A DNA stretch of 63,018 nt, counting the filler, from Octopus bimaculoides (lineage: Eukaryota), in NCBI RefSeq assembly GCF_001194135.2. It is 4 parts of 4 records of this genome, joined end to end, with 100 filler letters (N's around TTAATTAATTAA, not from the genome) between each part and the next. Parts side by side here need not be neighbours in the genome. Positions count along the whole stretch, not along the records: positions 55,358 to 63,018 come from NC_068983.1; 3 more parts are not named here. One strand, 5' to 3'. A program made the position numbers and the translations under genes. The notes under the pieces were generated by a model. The model saw only the letters and a program-made list of their open reading frames with translations, did no database searches and had not been told where the DNA came from. Position 1 is the stretch's first letter. The number at the start of each line of letters is the position of its first letter. Below are positions 62,240-63,018 of this stretch, piece by piece.

Positions 62240-63018
62240 TTAACTTCCTGTTTAAATTTCCCATCAAAATTTCGTGTTAATTTATGTTCCAAATACCAAC
62301 TTGACAATGGCAAAATTACTTCACTAAATTTTTCATTATTTTCAAAATTAATTTAAACAAAAGCGATGTACTTCAACAGAAATATCATTACAAAAGATTT
62401 AAGGTTATCTAAATTAAGACGTTCCATAAAAATTTATCAATTTATGTTCCAAACACCAGCTAAATAACGACAAAGTTATTTTGCTAAATTCTTTAATATT
62501 TTCAAAATAAACTGAAACAAAAGCAGGGTATTTTTACATGACTGAGGTAACACAGGATGTAAAGTGGTCTAAATTAAAACCTTCGTTCAAAATTTAACCC
62601 ATTACTTCCCATAATTCTATTAACTGGAATTATTTTTATGAAACTTTGATTTCTAGCATAAAACAGCCTTGGAAACATGCTGGAATGATCAAAATAAAAT
62701 TTCAAAATAGCATTTCAAAATAACATTTTAAATAGAAATAAGCGAGATATTGGATGAAAATTAGCAAACCTCATTTGAATATCAGAGAAATATACCTAGT
62801 AAATATAGCAAAAAGGTTAGATATGTGTAAACATTGACAGATAATTACGAAATTTGTAATTTTTAAGTGATCTCATATGAGATCACTGGTAGGTAATGGG
62901 TTAATGTTAATTTTTATTCCAAACACCAGCTAAATAATGACAAAGTTATTTTACTAAATGCTTCATTATTTTCTAAATTAATTTAAGCAAAAGCAATGTA
63001 TTTCAACAAAAATATGTT
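62240..63018 (+). repeat. About 160-bp AT-rich tandem repeat (at least 3 units), interrupted by a MITE
   Basis: ttatgttccaaa(c/t)acca..caaagttattt..ctaaat..ttttcaaaat..aacaaaagc recurs at 62281, 62441 and 62911. Confidence 0.85.
62598..62900. mobile_element. piggyBac-type MITE
   Basis: TTAA|cccattac...gtaatggg|TTAA; TSDs at 62594-62597 and 62901-62904; removing it restores the period of about 160 bp. Confidence 0.88.

Overview
AT-rich, microsatellite-saturated, gapped eukaryotic DNA. The SINE repertoire and simple-repeat load look like an octopus genome (probably Octopus bimaculoides; this is an inference from repeat recognition). I find no intact protein-coding gene. Nearly all long ORFs in the track are translations of microsatellites or N-gaps. 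Recognisable content: many copies of about five SINE-like families; decayed LINE fragments (RTE, R4/Dong, Penelope GIY-YIG); DNA transposon relics (internally deleted Chapaev3-like, mariner, pogo/Tigger-, piggyBac- and foldback-type MITEs); and a 5S rRNA pseudogene apparently split by a retroposon with a 16-bp target-site duplication (TSD). The most interesting signal is five dispersed minimal type-I hammerhead ribozyme motifs from at least three sequence families, each with a palindromic stem III (near 14.8, 36.7, 42.2, 48.6 and 57.9 kb). They point to short, non-coding, ribozyme-bearing retroelements. Other highlights: an RTE remnant with three C-terminal C2H2 fingers and an inverted RT fragment next to it, a 32-bp hairpin minisatellite apparently born from a SINE, a pre-miRNA-like hairpin, and a head-to-head inverted SINE pair. 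All protein and RNA family assignments are by eye and from recalled consensus sequences, not from database searches. Repeat boundaries are approximate.
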